Of a stretch of DNA of 64,000 bases, positions 1 to 9,035 are shown in pieces; within the stretch, counting starts at the first letter, position 1; each line of letters begins with the position of its first letter. The notes below the pieces were generated by a model. That model saw only the letters and a program-made list of their open reading frames with translations, was not told where the DNA came from and did no database searches. The stretch lies in the NCBI GenBank assembly GCA_033764015.1, contig JANRJK010000017.1:1-64000 (forward strand), read 5' to 3'. A program made the translations under genes and the position numbers. Source of the DNA: Candidatus Sumerlaeia bacterium (lineage in GTDB: Bacteria > Sumerlaeota > Sumerlaeia > SLMS01 > JANRJK01).

Positions 1-166
1 CAGCGCCGGAGCCCTCGCCGCGCTGAACCGCCTCGGGCCGACGCAGTTCCGCCTCCGCTTCGAGAACGCGGAATCGGACAACGCCACGAAGGACACGTTC
101 CGGTTCTATACCGGCAACGCTTCGGGCACGAACCGCGCGCGTTTGGACATCGAGATCGCGCAGTAG
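1..166 (+). CDS. 3' end of a CDS truncated by the window edge; C-terminal domain resembling those on secreted proteins
   Basis: The frame from position 2 is open (SAGALAALNRLGPTQFRLRFENAESDNATKDTFRFYTGNASGTNRARLDIEIAQ) to TAG at 164-166, with host-like codon bias and a strong hairpin after it. Confidence 0.6.
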   Translation, partial: SAGALAALNRLGPTQFRLRFENAESDNATKDTFRFYTGNASGTNRARLDIEIAQ

Positions 167-192
167 GCGGCAGAACCCTCCGCAGCAAACAG

Positions 193-234
193 AACCGCGC
201 CGGGAGCCCGATGGCTCCCGGCGCGGTTTCGTTT
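193..234. terminator. Probable bidirectional intrinsic terminator
   Basis: Perfect 16-bp stem AACCGCGCCGGGAGCC-CGAT-GGCTCCCGGCGCGGTT followed by TCGTTT and preceded by an A-rich run, between convergent genes. Confidence 0.75.
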
Positions 235-253
235 CAGTGGCGCGCGCCGCGGC

Positions 254-1003
254 TCAGCCCCACGGATTCCCGAGAGCGCGGCCGATATGGTGCGTGAGCT
301 GGCGCTTCCACCAGAACCAGTGGTGCGCGGCGTCGTGGCCCCAGATGTCCGTTTCGCTGCTGACGCCCTTGGCGCGGAGGATCGCGCCGAGGCGCTCGGT
401 CTCGGGCAGGCAGTTGCCCTCGTGCGGGCCGCGCCCCGCCGTGAGGATGATGTGCGCGTGGCGGCGCACCCAGTCGAGGTGCGGCCCGTGCATGTTCGCG
501 GAGTAGGACATGACGTCGCTGAAGTAGGCGCCCTGCGAGCCGTACCCCTCCCAGAGGCGGGCGATGTCGTACTTGCCCGACATGCCGAGGGCCCACGGGA
601 AGATGTCGGGGCGCTTCAGGCCCCAGTGGACGGCGTGGTAGCCGCCGCTGCTGACGCCCGCGGTGGCGATCTGCACATCGCCGCGGCAGTCGAAGCGGAT
701 CGCCGGCACCAGGTTGTTCAGCACGTAGTCCTCGAAGCACTGCATGCGGTGCACGCGGATCGGCTCCGGCGAATCCGGGTTCAGGAGGCAATCGCCGTCC
801 ACGGAGGAGGTGCAGTAGACCTTGAGCTTCCCGGCGGCGATCCAGGGCGCGAGCACATGGATCATCCCGTAATCGGCCCAGTTGTTCGCGGAGCACGCCG
901 CGGAGGGGAACGCGAGGAGGGGGCGCCCGTAGTGGCCATAGGCCCAGACGTGCATGTCGTGGCCGAGGGCGGGGCTGTAGATGCGTGAGTAGACGACGCG
1001 CAT
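254..1003 (-). CDS. Putative esterase (alpha/beta hydrolase fold)
   Basis: ATG at 1003 gives MRVVYSRIYSPALGHDMHVWAYGHYGRPLLAFPS; GxSxG nucleophile motif (GVSSGG) and C-terminal D-x-W-G-x-D-x-x-H-x-W. The longer ORF-track start overlaps the divergent gene. Confidence 0.8.
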   Translation of the reverse strand: MRVVYSRIYSPALGHDMHVWAYGHYGRPLLAFPSAACSANNWADYGMIHVLAPWIAAGKLKVYCTSSVDGDCLLNPDSPEPIRVHRMQCFEDYVLNNLVPAIRFDCRGDVQIATAGVSSGGYHAVHWGLKRPDIFPWALGMSGKYDIARLWEGYGSQGAYFSDVMSYSANMHGPHLDWVRRHAHIILTAGRGPHEGNCLPETERLGAILRAKGVSSETDIWGHDAAHHWFWWKRQLTHHIGRALGNPWG

Positions 1004-1190
1004 GGGGGAGTCCTGTCGGTGATCGGTCGGCGGCGCGGAGGTCGGGGGCGCCGGGCGCCTTGGGGAGAGTGAAAGGGTCGCGGACCGGCGCGGGGCGTAA
1101 AGCGGAAAGCCGGTGCCGCGGGCCGGAGCCGCCGCTTGCGCCGCGAGCAATCGCTTTATAGCCTCCCGCGACACCGTCTCCGGAGCCACC

Positions 1191-2816
1191 ATGACCACCG
1201 TCGCCCCTTCCCCGAGCCTCGAATCGAACCTCGCCACCTGCCGGGAACTCGCCGACCGCCTCGCCGCGAACGCCCTCGCCGGCGACGCGAAGGCGATCGC
1301 CCGCCAGCACGCCAAGCACAAGCTCACCGTCGCCGAGCGCTTCGACCTGCTCTTCGACAAAGAGGGCTGGCGCGTGGAGATCGGCGCCTTCGCCGCCGAC
1401 GGCATGTACGGCGAATTCGGCGGCGACATCCGTTCCGCCGGCTGCCGCGCGGTCGTGGGCCTCCTCCACGGACGCCCGACGCTGGCGCTGGCGAACGACT
1501 CGATGGTCAAGGCGGGCGCGTGGCTGCCGATGACGATCAAGAAGATGCTCCGCGCGCAGGAGGTGGCGCTCGAAAACCGCCTGCCCACGGTGTACCTCGT
1601 CGACAGCGCCGGAGTCTTCCTTCCGCTGCAGGAGGACATCTTCCCGGACCGAGAGCACGCGGGGCGCATCTTCTACAACAACTCGGTCATGTCGGCGGAG
1701 GGCATCCCGCAGGTGGCCGTGGTGTGCGGCCCCTGCGTGGCGGGGGGCGCGTACCTGCCGGTGCTCTGCGACGAGATGATCATCGTGAAGGGGACGGGCC
1801 ACGTGTTCCTCGCCGGGCCCTACCTCGTCGAGGCGGCGATCGGCGAGAAGACCGACGCCGAGTCGCTCGGCGGCGCGGAGATGCACGGGCGCCTGTCGGG
1901 GACCGCGGACTACGAGGAGCCGTCGGAGGAGTCCGCGCTGGCGAAGGTACGCGAGATCGCGCGCTCCTGGCCCCGCAGCACCGCGGGCCTGCGCCGCGAG
2001 GAGCCCGCCGCGCCGGCGACGGACCCGGAGGAGATCCTCGCGATCCTGCCGGACTCGCGCCAGAAGCCCTACGACATGCGCCGCATCATCGACGCGCTCG
2101 TCGACGGCGGCAGCTTCCTCGAATTCAAGAAGAACTACGGGCAGACCCTCATTTGCGGCACCGCGCGCATCGAGGGATGGCACGTTGGCATCGTGGCGAA
2201 CCAGCGGCTCATCGTGAAGAGCGCGCAGGGCGAGCTTCAGATGGGGGGCGTGATCTACTCCGATTCCGCCGACAAGGCGGCGCGCTTCGTCATGAACTGC
2301 AACCAGAAGGGCCTGCCCATCGTCTACCTGCAGGACGTGACGGGCTTCATGGTGGGGAGCCGGGCCGAGCGCGGCGGCATCATCAAGGACGGCGCGAAGC
2401 TGGTGAACGCGGTGTCGAACTCGCGCGTGCCCCAGTTCACCGTGGTGGTCGGCAACTCGAACGGCGCGGGGAACTACGCGCTGTGCGGGCGGGCGTACGG
2501 GCCGCGCTTCATGCTCTCGTGGCCCATGGGGCGCATCTCCGTCATGGGTGGCGAGCAGGCGGCCAAGACGCTGCTCTCGCTCGAAAAGCAGCGCCGCGCG
2601 AAGGACCCGATGACGCCGGAGGAGGAGGCCGCGTTCCTCTCCCGGATGATCGAGCACTACAGCGACCACTCGAGCCCGTACCACGCGGCGTCGCGGCTGT
2701 GGATCGACGCCGTGATTGACCCGAGGGGGACCCGTGGGACACTCGCCAAGTTGTTGGAGATAGCGGACGAGGCACCCCTCGCCGATTCCTTCAGGACTGG
2801 CGTCCTGCAGACCTGA
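1191..2816 (+). CDS. Acyl-CoA carboxylase carboxyltransferase (methylcrotonyl-CoA carboxylase beta-like) subunit
   Basis: Motifs YLVDSAGVFLPLQ, GPCVAGGAY, QDVTGFMVG, GGIIKDGAK, GAGNYALCGRAY; ATG at 1191 after GGAG. Confidence 0.9.
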   Translation: MTTVAPSPSLESNLATCRELADRLAANALAGDAKAIARQHAKHKLTVAERFDLLFDKEGWRVEIGAFAADGMYGEFGGDIRSAGCRAVVGLLHGRPTLALANDSMVKAGAWLPMTIKKMLRAQEVALENRLPTVYLVDSAGVFLPLQEDIFPDREHAGRIFYNNSVMSAEGIPQVAVVCGPCVAGGAYLPVLCDEMIIVKGTGHVFLAGPYLVEAAIGEKTDAESLGGAEMHGRLSGTADYEEPSEESALAKVREIARSWPRSTAGLRREEPAAPATDPEEILAILPDSRQKPYDMRRIIDALVDGGSFLEFKKNYGQTLICGTARIEGWHVGIVANQRLIVKSAQGELQMGGVIYSDSADKAARFVMNCNQKGLPIVYLQDVTGFMVGSRAERGGIIKDGAKLVNAVSNSRVPQFTVVVGNSNGAGNYALCGRAYGPRFMLSWPMGRISVMGGEQAAKTLLSLEKQRRAKDPMTPEEEAAFLSRMIEHYSDHSSPYHAASRLWIDAVIDPRGTRGTLAKLLEIADEAPLADSFRTGVLQT

Positions 2817-2832
2817 TCCGGAGGCGACCCCC

Positions 2833-3621
2833 ATGGGCTCCCGGTACGAACTGCTGAGCATCGAACGCGACGGCGCGCTGGCGCATATCGTAGTGAACCG
2901 CCCGCCGGTCAACGCGATCAATTCGGCGCTGCTGAAGGAGCTCCACCGCGCCGCCGAAGAGGTGAACAACGACGGCACCACGAAGGTCGCGCTGCTGTAT
3001 CCGGCCGGGAAGCACTTCGGCGCGGGGGCGGACATCAAGGAGATCGAGGCGCTCGAGCCCGGCGAGGCCGTGGACGAGTTCGCCACCATGGGCCAGGACG
3101 CCTTCTTCCAGATCGAGCGCGGCACGGTGCCGGTCATCGCGCTGGTGCGCGGCTTCTGCCTCGGCGGCGGCTGCGAACTCGCGATGGCGTGCCACATCCG
3201 CATCGCGGACGAGTCCGCGGTCTTCGGCCAGCCGGAAATCAAGCTGGGCATCTGCCCCGGCTTCGGCGCCACGCAGCGGCTGCCCCAGCTCGTCGGCCGC
3301 AACCGCGCCTACTTCATGCTCCTCACCGGCGAGCAGATCAGCGCCCGCCAAGCCTACGAGTTCGGCCTGGTCACCGCCATGGCCCCGCAGGAGGAGGAGC
3401 TCGTCGCCTACGGCACCCGAATCGGCAAGATGATCGCCGCCTACGGGCAGCAGGCGCTCGTCGGCATCCGCGAGCTGGTCGCCTACCAGTACGACCTCAG
3501 CATCGAGCAGGGCACCGTGCGCGAAGCGGAGGAGTTCGGACGCCTCTCCCGCACGGAGGACATGCGCGAGGGCTTCCGCGCCTTCATCGAAAAGCGGACC
3601 CCCGTCTTCAAGGACCGCTGA
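2833..3621 (+). CDS. Enoyl-CoA hydratase/isomerase family protein
   Basis: NRPPVNA, FGAGADIKE, GGGCELAMAC and FGQPEIKLG motifs, with both catalytic Glu present. Confidence 0.9.
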   Translation: MGSRYELLSIERDGALAHIVVNRPPVNAINSALLKELHRAAEEVNNDGTTKVALLYPAGKHFGAGADIKEIEALEPGEAVDEFATMGQDAFFQIERGTVPVIALVRGFCLGGGCELAMACHIRIADESAVFGQPEIKLGICPGFGATQRLPQLVGRNRAYFMLLTGEQISARQAYEFGLVTAMAPQEEELVAYGTRIGKMIAAYGQQALVGIRELVAYQYDLSIEQGTVREAEEFGRLSRTEDMREGFRAFIEKRTPVFKDR

Positions 3622-3654
3622 GCGCGGCCCGAACCCACAGGACCCACACACCAG

Positions 3655-4926
3655 ATGCATGACATCGCGTTGTTCCGCAACGACCCCGCCCGCGTGCGGG
3701 AACTCCTCGCGCTGCGCGGCGCCGACGGTTCCGTTGTCGACCGCGTGCTGGAGCTCGACGAGCGCCGCCGCGCCCTGATCTCCGCCGCCGAGGAGAAGCG
3801 CGCCCGCCGCAACGAACTCTCCAAGCAGATCCCCCAGCTCGCCAAGGCGGGCCAGCCGATCGACGCGCTCAAGGACGAGTCGCGCCGCATCGGCGACGAC
3901 ATCGCCGCCGGTGAGGGGGAACTCGCCGCGGTCGAGGCGGAGCAAAGCGGCATCCTGATGATGCTCCCCAACCTCCCGCAGGAAGGCGTGCCGCTGGACC
4001 GCTCCGCGGAGGCCAACGTGGTCGTGCGCAGCGTCGGCGAGCCGCGCCGGTTCGACTTCGAGCCGAAGCCGCACTGGGAGCTCGCGCAGGCTCTCGGCAT
4101 CCTCGAGCTGGAGCGCGGCACCAAGCTCTCCGGCTCCGGGTTCTATGCGCTCCGCGGCCAGCTCGCGAAGCTCGAACGCGTCCTCATCAACTGGTTCATC
4201 GACCGGCACACCGCCGCGAACGGCTACACCGAGGTCGCGGTACCGAACCTCGTGAACCGCAAGACGATGACCGGCACCGGGCAGCTCCCGAAGTTCGAGG
4301 ACGACCTCTACCGGCTGCCGGAGGACGACCTGTTCCTGGTCCCGACCGCCGAGGTGCCGGTGACAAACCTGCACGCGGACGAGGTGCTCGAGGAGAAGGC
4401 GCTGCCGATCCGCTACTGCGCGTTCACGCCGTGCTTCCGCCGCGAGGCGGGGGGATACGGCAAGGAGAACCGCGGCATCTCGCGCGTGCACCAGTTCTCG
4501 AAGGTCGAGATGGTGATGTTCGAGCACCCGGACCGCAGCCGCGCCGCGCACGAGGAGCTTGTGGGCCACGCGACGTGGTTCCTGGACCAGCTCGGGCTGC
4601 CGTACCGCGTGCTGCTGCTCAGCTCCGGCGACATGGGCTTCGGCGCGGCGAAGTGCTACGACATCGAGCTGTGGGCGCCCGGCATGAAGACGTGGCTCGA
4701 GGTGTCGAGCTGCTCGAACTTCGAGGACTTCCAGTCGCGCCGCGCGGCGATCCGCTTCAAGCCGGCGGATGGCGGCAAGCCGCGCCTCGCGCACACGCTC
4801 AACGGCAGCGGCCTCGCCCTGCCGCGGCTGCTCATCACGCTCCTCGAGACCTTCCAGAACGCCGACGGCACCATCACGATCCCGGAAGTCCTGCGCGATC
4901 GCATGGGCGCCGACCGGATCGGCTGA
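3655..4926 (+). CDS. serS: Serine--tRNA ligase
   Basis: N-terminal coiled-coil arm; TGQLPKF, LVPTAEVP, FRREAG (motif 2), EVSSCSN, HTLNGSGLA (motif 3). Confidence 0.97.
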   Translation: MHDIALFRNDPARVRELLALRGADGSVVDRVLELDERRRALISAAEEKRARRNELSKQIPQLAKAGQPIDALKDESRRIGDDIAAGEGELAAVEAEQSGILMMLPNLPQEGVPLDRSAEANVVVRSVGEPRRFDFEPKPHWELAQALGILELERGTKLSGSGFYALRGQLAKLERVLINWFIDRHTAANGYTEVAVPNLVNRKTMTGTGQLPKFEDDLYRLPEDDLFLVPTAEVPVTNLHADEVLEEKALPIRYCAFTPCFRREAGGYGKENRGISRVHQFSKVEMVMFEHPDRSRAAHEELVGHATWFLDQLGLPYRVLLLSSGDMGFGAAKCYDIELWAPGMKTWLEVSSCSNFEDFQSRRAAIRFKPADGGKPRLAHTLNGSGLALPRLLITLLETFQNADGTITIPEVLRDRMGADRIG

Positions 4927-4935
4927 GGAGAAGCG

Positions 4936-6051
4936 ATGCGCCACACCCTCGCGGCGGTGCTGCTCGGCGCCGCCATCGCTTCGGGGCTCCCCGCGGAGGA
5001 GCCCCTCCTTTCGCGCACCCGCCAGCTCATCCTCGACGGCAAGCGCTCCGGCGAGGGCTACTTCTCGCCCGACGGCCGCCTGATGACCTTCCAGAGCGAG
5101 CGCGAGCCCGACAACCCGTTCTACCAGATCTACCTGCTCGACCTCGAGTCGGGCGCGACGGAGCGCATCTCCCCGGGCCACGGGAAGACCACGTGCTCCT
5201 TCGTCAACCCGGTGGACACGCAGGTGGTGCTCTTCGCCTCGACGCACCTCGACCCGACCTCGCAAGAGCAGCAGCGCGCGGAGCTCGAGTTCCGCGCCTC
5301 CGGCCAGGAGCGCCGATACTCGTGGGACTACGACCCCGAGTACGACATCCACGCCTTCGACCGCCGGACGAAGGCGTACACGCGCCTCACCGACGCGAAA
5401 GGCTACGACGCGGAGGGCGCCTATTCGCCCGACGGCAAGCTGGTCGTGTTCGCGTCGAACCGCGGGGCGTTCGAGGCGCCGCTCGAGGGCGCGGACGCGA
5501 AACGATTCGAGGTGAATCCCGCCTACTATTCCGAAATCTACCTGATGAACGCGGACGGCACGGAGCAGCGGCGGCTGACGGACAGCCCCGGCTACGACGG
5601 CGGGCCGTTCTTCTCGCCGGACGGCAAGCGCATCCTCTGGCGCCGCTTCGACGCGGAGGGACTGATCGCCGACATCTGGACCATGGACCTCGAGGGCGGC
5701 GACCAGCGGCGCTTGACGGACTTCCAGGCGATGAGCTGGGCGCCTTACTTCCACCCGTCGCAGCAGTACGTCTTCTTCGCGTCGAACAAGCACGGCTTCG
5801 CGAACTTCGAGGTGTTCATCGTGGACGCCGAGGGGAAGCGCGAGCCCGTCCGCGTCACGCACAAGGACGGCTTCGACGGCTTGCCGGTGCCGACGCCGGA
5901 CGGCAAGCGCCTCACGTGGGTCTCGAACCGCCACGGCGCCGGCGCGCAGATCTGGATCGCGAATTGGAACCACGAGGCCGCGCTCGCGGCGCTCGCCGCC
6001 TCGCCGCTGCGCGGCACCGAACCGGAGGACACCGATGCTTCGACGCCTTGA
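4936..6051 (+). CDS. Secreted PD40/TolB-like beta-propeller protein
   Basis: Signal-peptide-like N-terminus; repeated SPDG/FSPDGK PD40-type motifs (GEGYFSPDG, YDAEGAYSPDGK, YDGGPFFSPDGK). Confidence 0.85.
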   Translation: MRHTLAAVLLGAAIASGLPAEEPLLSRTRQLILDGKRSGEGYFSPDGRLMTFQSEREPDNPFYQIYLLDLESGATERISPGHGKTTCSFVNPVDTQVVLFASTHLDPTSQEQQRAELEFRASGQERRYSWDYDPEYDIHAFDRRTKAYTRLTDAKGYDAEGAYSPDGKLVVFASNRGAFEAPLEGADAKRFEVNPAYYSEIYLMNADGTEQRRLTDSPGYDGGPFFSPDGKRILWRRFDAEGLIADIWTMDLEGGDQRRLTDFQAMSWAPYFHPSQQYVFFASNKHGFANFEVFIVDAEGKREPVRVTHKDGFDGLPVPTPDGKRLTWVSNRHGAGAQIWIANWNHEAALAALAASPLRGTEPEDTDASTP

Positions 6052-7831
6052 GACCGCCGCCGCAACGCTGCTGGCGCTCGCGCCCTTGGCCGCGACCGCC
6101 GCGGAGGACGCGCTCCGCTCCCATGTGGAGATCCTCGCCTCCGAGAAGATGGCGGGCCGCATGACCGGCACGGAGGGCGAACGCCTCGCCGCCGAGTACC
6201 TCGCGGAGCAGCTCGCCGCCATCGGCGCCAAGCCGCTCCCGGGCGAGGACGACTTCTTCCTCCCCTTCGAGTTCAGCGCGGGCGCGCAGGACGCCGGCTC
6301 GACGATCACCGTCTCGACGCCGCACGGCGAGCGCACGTGGACCTTCGGCGACGGCGGCGTGGTCGCGCTATCGTTCTCCGACAGCGCAACGGTGACGGCT
6401 CCGGTGGTCTTCGCGGGCTATGGCATCAAGACGCCGGAGTCCTCCAGCACGCCCTACGACAGCTTTTTCGGCCTCGATCTGAAGGACAAGATCGTGCTGG
6501 TTCTGCACTACTTCCCGGAGAACGCGGAGGGCGACTTCCGCAACGAGCTGTCGCAGTACTTCCCGCTCCGTTTCAAGGCGCTGCACGCGCGCGGGGCCGG
6601 CGCGAAGGGGATGCTCGTGGCGATCGGCCCGAACTCGCCGCGCGCGGGCGAACTAATCGCGCTCACCTCCGACACCGCGATGTCGGGCTCCGGCATCGCG
6701 GCGGCGAGCATCTCCGGCGAAATGGCCGACTACCTCTTCGAGCACGGCGCCGACAAGTCGCTGGCGGAGGCGCAGAGCGCGCTCGACAGCGGCAACCCGC
6801 ACGTCGGGGGCTTCGACCTGAAGGACACCACGGTGACGCTCGCCACGTCGCTCGAGCGCTCCGTGCGCACCGGCACCAATGTGGTGGCGCACCTGCCCGC
6901 GACGACCGACAGCGCCGAGTGGCTGGTGGTCGGTGCGCACTACGACCACCTAGGCACCGGCGGTGGCGGAAACTCGCTGGCGCGAGAGGGCGAGCAGGCC
7001 GCGATCCACTACGGCGCCGACGACAACGCGAGCGGCACCGCCGTGGTGCTCGAGATGGCCCGCGCGCTCGCGGCGGATAGGGAGCGCGCCCGGCACACCG
7101 CCATCGCGTTCTGGTCCGGCGAGGAGCTGGGCCTGCTCGGCAGCCGCGCGTTCCTGCGGTCGGGCACGCTCGACAAGGCGGCGATCGTCGCGAACCTGAA
7201 CTTCGACATGGTGGGGCGCTCGAAGGACGGCAAGCTGTCCCTGCAAGGCGTCGGCAGCAGCCCCGTCTGGCGCTCCATCGCCGAGCGCGCGAACCTGGTC
7301 CCCGGGCTCGACCTGACGCTCTCCGACGACCCCTACCTGCCGACGGACGCGGCCGCGTTCTACGACGAGAAGATCCCGATCATGGCGTTCTTCACGGGCG
7401 TCCACGAGGACTACCACCGTCCGTCGGACACGCCGGAAAAGCTGGATTACGCGGCGATGGCGGACATCGCGACGCTCGGCACGCGCACCGCGCGGCTGCT
7501 GCTCGCGGAGCCCCGCCCCGAGTACGTCTCCGTGGAGCGCGAGCGCCAGCCGATGATGGGCCGCACCGTGCGCGCCTACACCGGCACGATCCCCGACTAC
7601 ACCACCGAGGTGAAGGGGCTGCTGCTCAGCGGCGTCGTCGAAGGCGGTCCGGCGGCGAAGGCGGGCCTGAAGGGCGGCGACGTGATCACGCGCCTCGGCG
7701 GCACCGACATCACGAACATCTACGACTACACCTACGCGCTGGGCGCGGTGAAGGTCGGCGAGCCGGTCGAGGTCGTCGTCGAGCGCGACGGCGAAACGCT
7801 GGAACTGGAGCTGACGCCGGAGGCTCGCTGA
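6035..7831 (+). CDS. M28 family metallopeptidase with PA and C-terminal PDZ domains
   Basis: GAHYDHLG, GADDNASG, SGEELGLLGS, NFDMVGR, DYHRPSD zinc motifs; VVFAGYG PA insert; GPAAKAGLKGGDVI PDZ; has its own signal-like N-terminus. Confidence 0.9.
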   Translation: MLRRLETAAATLLALAPLAATAAEDALRSHVEILASEKMAGRMTGTEGERLAAEYLAEQLAAIGAKPLPGEDDFFLPFEFSAGAQDAGSTITVSTPHGERTWTFGDGGVVALSFSDSATVTAPVVFAGYGIKTPESSSTPYDSFFGLDLKDKIVLVLHYFPENAEGDFRNELSQYFPLRFKALHARGAGAKGMLVAIGPNSPRAGELIALTSDTAMSGSGIAAASISGEMADYLFEHGADKSLAEAQSALDSGNPHVGGFDLKDTTVTLATSLERSVRTGTNVVAHLPATTDSAEWLVVGAHYDHLGTGGGGNSLAREGEQAAIHYGADDNASGTAVVLEMARALAADRERARHTAIAFWSGEELGLLGSRAFLRSGTLDKAAIVANLNFDMVGRSKDGKLSLQGVGSSPVWRSIAERANLVPGLDLTLSDDPYLPTDAAAFYDEKIPIMAFFTGVHEDYHRPSDTPEKLDYAAMADIATLGTRTARLLLAEPRPEYVSVERERQPMMGRTVRAYTGTIPDYTTEVKGLLLSGVVEGGPAAKAGLKGGDVITRLGGTDITNIYDYTYALGAVKVGEPVEVVVERDGETLELELTPEAR

Positions 7832-7838
7832 CGCGCCG

Positions 7839-8024
7839 CTACTGGGGCCGCCGCAGCTCGAACCAGTAGAAGCAGTGCGGCCCGAGCGCGACGAGGTAGG
7901 ACGGCTTCTCCGCCAGCCCGCGGAAGTCGCCGTCGCCGTCCCGCGAGGAATCGCGGAACGCGCGCGCGGAGAGCTCGTAGATCACTGCGTCGCGGAACCA
8001 GTCGAGGGCGTGGGACAGGGGCAT
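7839..8024 (-). pseudogene. treS: Internally deleted trehalose synthase (TreS)/GH13 remnant forming a 61-codon mini-ORF
   Basis: WFRDAVIYELSARAFRDSSRDGDGDFRGLAEK matches the GH13/TreS N-terminal motif and is joined in frame to YLVALGPHCFYWFEL, matching the TreS C-terminal motif. Confidence 0.7.
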
Positions 8025-8068
8025 CCTTCGGGCCTTTCCCGAAGTGGATGGCGCGCCCCCGGAGGCGC

Positions 8069-9034
8069 CTATTCGATGTCTTGCTCCGACCAGAAGATGA
8101 GCCCCGACGACCAGACCACGCCCGCGCGCTCGCGATCCGCCAAGGGCACGGTGGAGCGTACCTCCTCAACAGACAGCGTGGCGCAGCCCAGCAACTCGCC
8201 GCAGTATTCCATCGCTTCCTCCAAGCCGGCGGCGAACACCGTCAGATTGCAGAACGCGCCGTCCATCCGGCGCCCAAGATGTTCGAGCGGCGGAAGGCAT
8301 ACACAGACACTGATCGAGCTCAACGAGGCGCGCTCCGGGTTGCGGCTCCGAACGAAGGAGAGCATCCAAGGCTCGATTTTGTCGAAGTGGCGGAGCGAAA
8401 GCGCCTCTTTGCGCAGCGCCTCGCACGGCTCGCCCAGGCCCGCGCGCGCATCGAACCAACGCGAGCGGAGCGCTCGGAGGTTGTCGGCGGTTTCCCCCCT
8501 CGACTGGAGCTCGGCCCACTTGTCGACCACGCCTTGGTGATTCCCGGCTTCGGAGTGGACGATGAGCCAGACTCTTGCGCGGTGGACGGCCGCGCCCGGA
8601 TCGATGCTCTCCGCCAACAATGCCTCGGCGGCGGGGATGTTGCCGGCCCGTGCCTGGTTGGTCGCCAGCATTAGAACCGGCTCGTCGGAGTCCGTAGCCA
8701 AGCGCCGGAACTCCAGGAACGCCGCCTCCGCCGCGGTCCAGTTCCCTTCCGCCATCTCCATCCGACCCAGCCGCTCCTGAAGGGCTGCCGACCCGGGCCA
8801 ACGATCCGCTGCCTCACGCGCGATCCGCAGCGCCCCTTCCCAGTCGTCTTCCTCCTCGGCGACCACGGAAAGGATCTCTCCTCCCGCGGAGTACCCTCTG
8901 CGCGCCAAGTGGTTGCCGATCACCCGGGCGTTCTCCAACTCCCCCTCCTCGATCAGGCGCATGGCTTCCCGGTAGAGCTGCCAATCGCTCCTGAAGAGGT
9001 TGCGGACCCGCAATCCCCAGGCGCGGAGCGACAT
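8069..9034 (-). CDS. Tetratricopeptide-repeat-like hypothetical protein
   Basis: Helical TPR-like segments (WPGSAALQERLGRMEMAEGNWTAAEAAF); starts 1 bp after the MBL stop codon. Confidence 0.6.
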   Translation of the reverse strand: MSLRAWGLRVRNLFRSDWQLYREAMRLIEEGELENARVIGNHLARRGYSAGGEILSVVAEEEDDWEGALRIAREAADRWPGSAALQERLGRMEMAEGNWTAAEAAFLEFRRLATDSDEPVLMLATNQARAGNIPAAEALLAESIDPGAAVHRARVWLIVHSEAGNHQGVVDKWAELQSRGETADNLRALRSRWFDARAGLGEPCEALRKEALSLRHFDKIEPWMLSFVRSRNPERASLSSISVCVCLPPLEHLGRRMDGAFCNLTVFAAGLEEAMEYCGELLGCATLSVEEVRSTVPLADRERAGVVWSSGLIFWSEQDIE

Positions 9035-9035
9035 C

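Noticed and set aside
234..6336. Very long minus-strand ORFs (234-3302, 2791-6336) and similar 1000+ aa ORFs at 23336-27436, 42131-45826 and 49530-53183
   Set aside because: They are antisense or off-frame shadows of well-supported genes; stop codons are rare at this GC content, and the translations are Arg/Ala/Gly-rich with no motifs.
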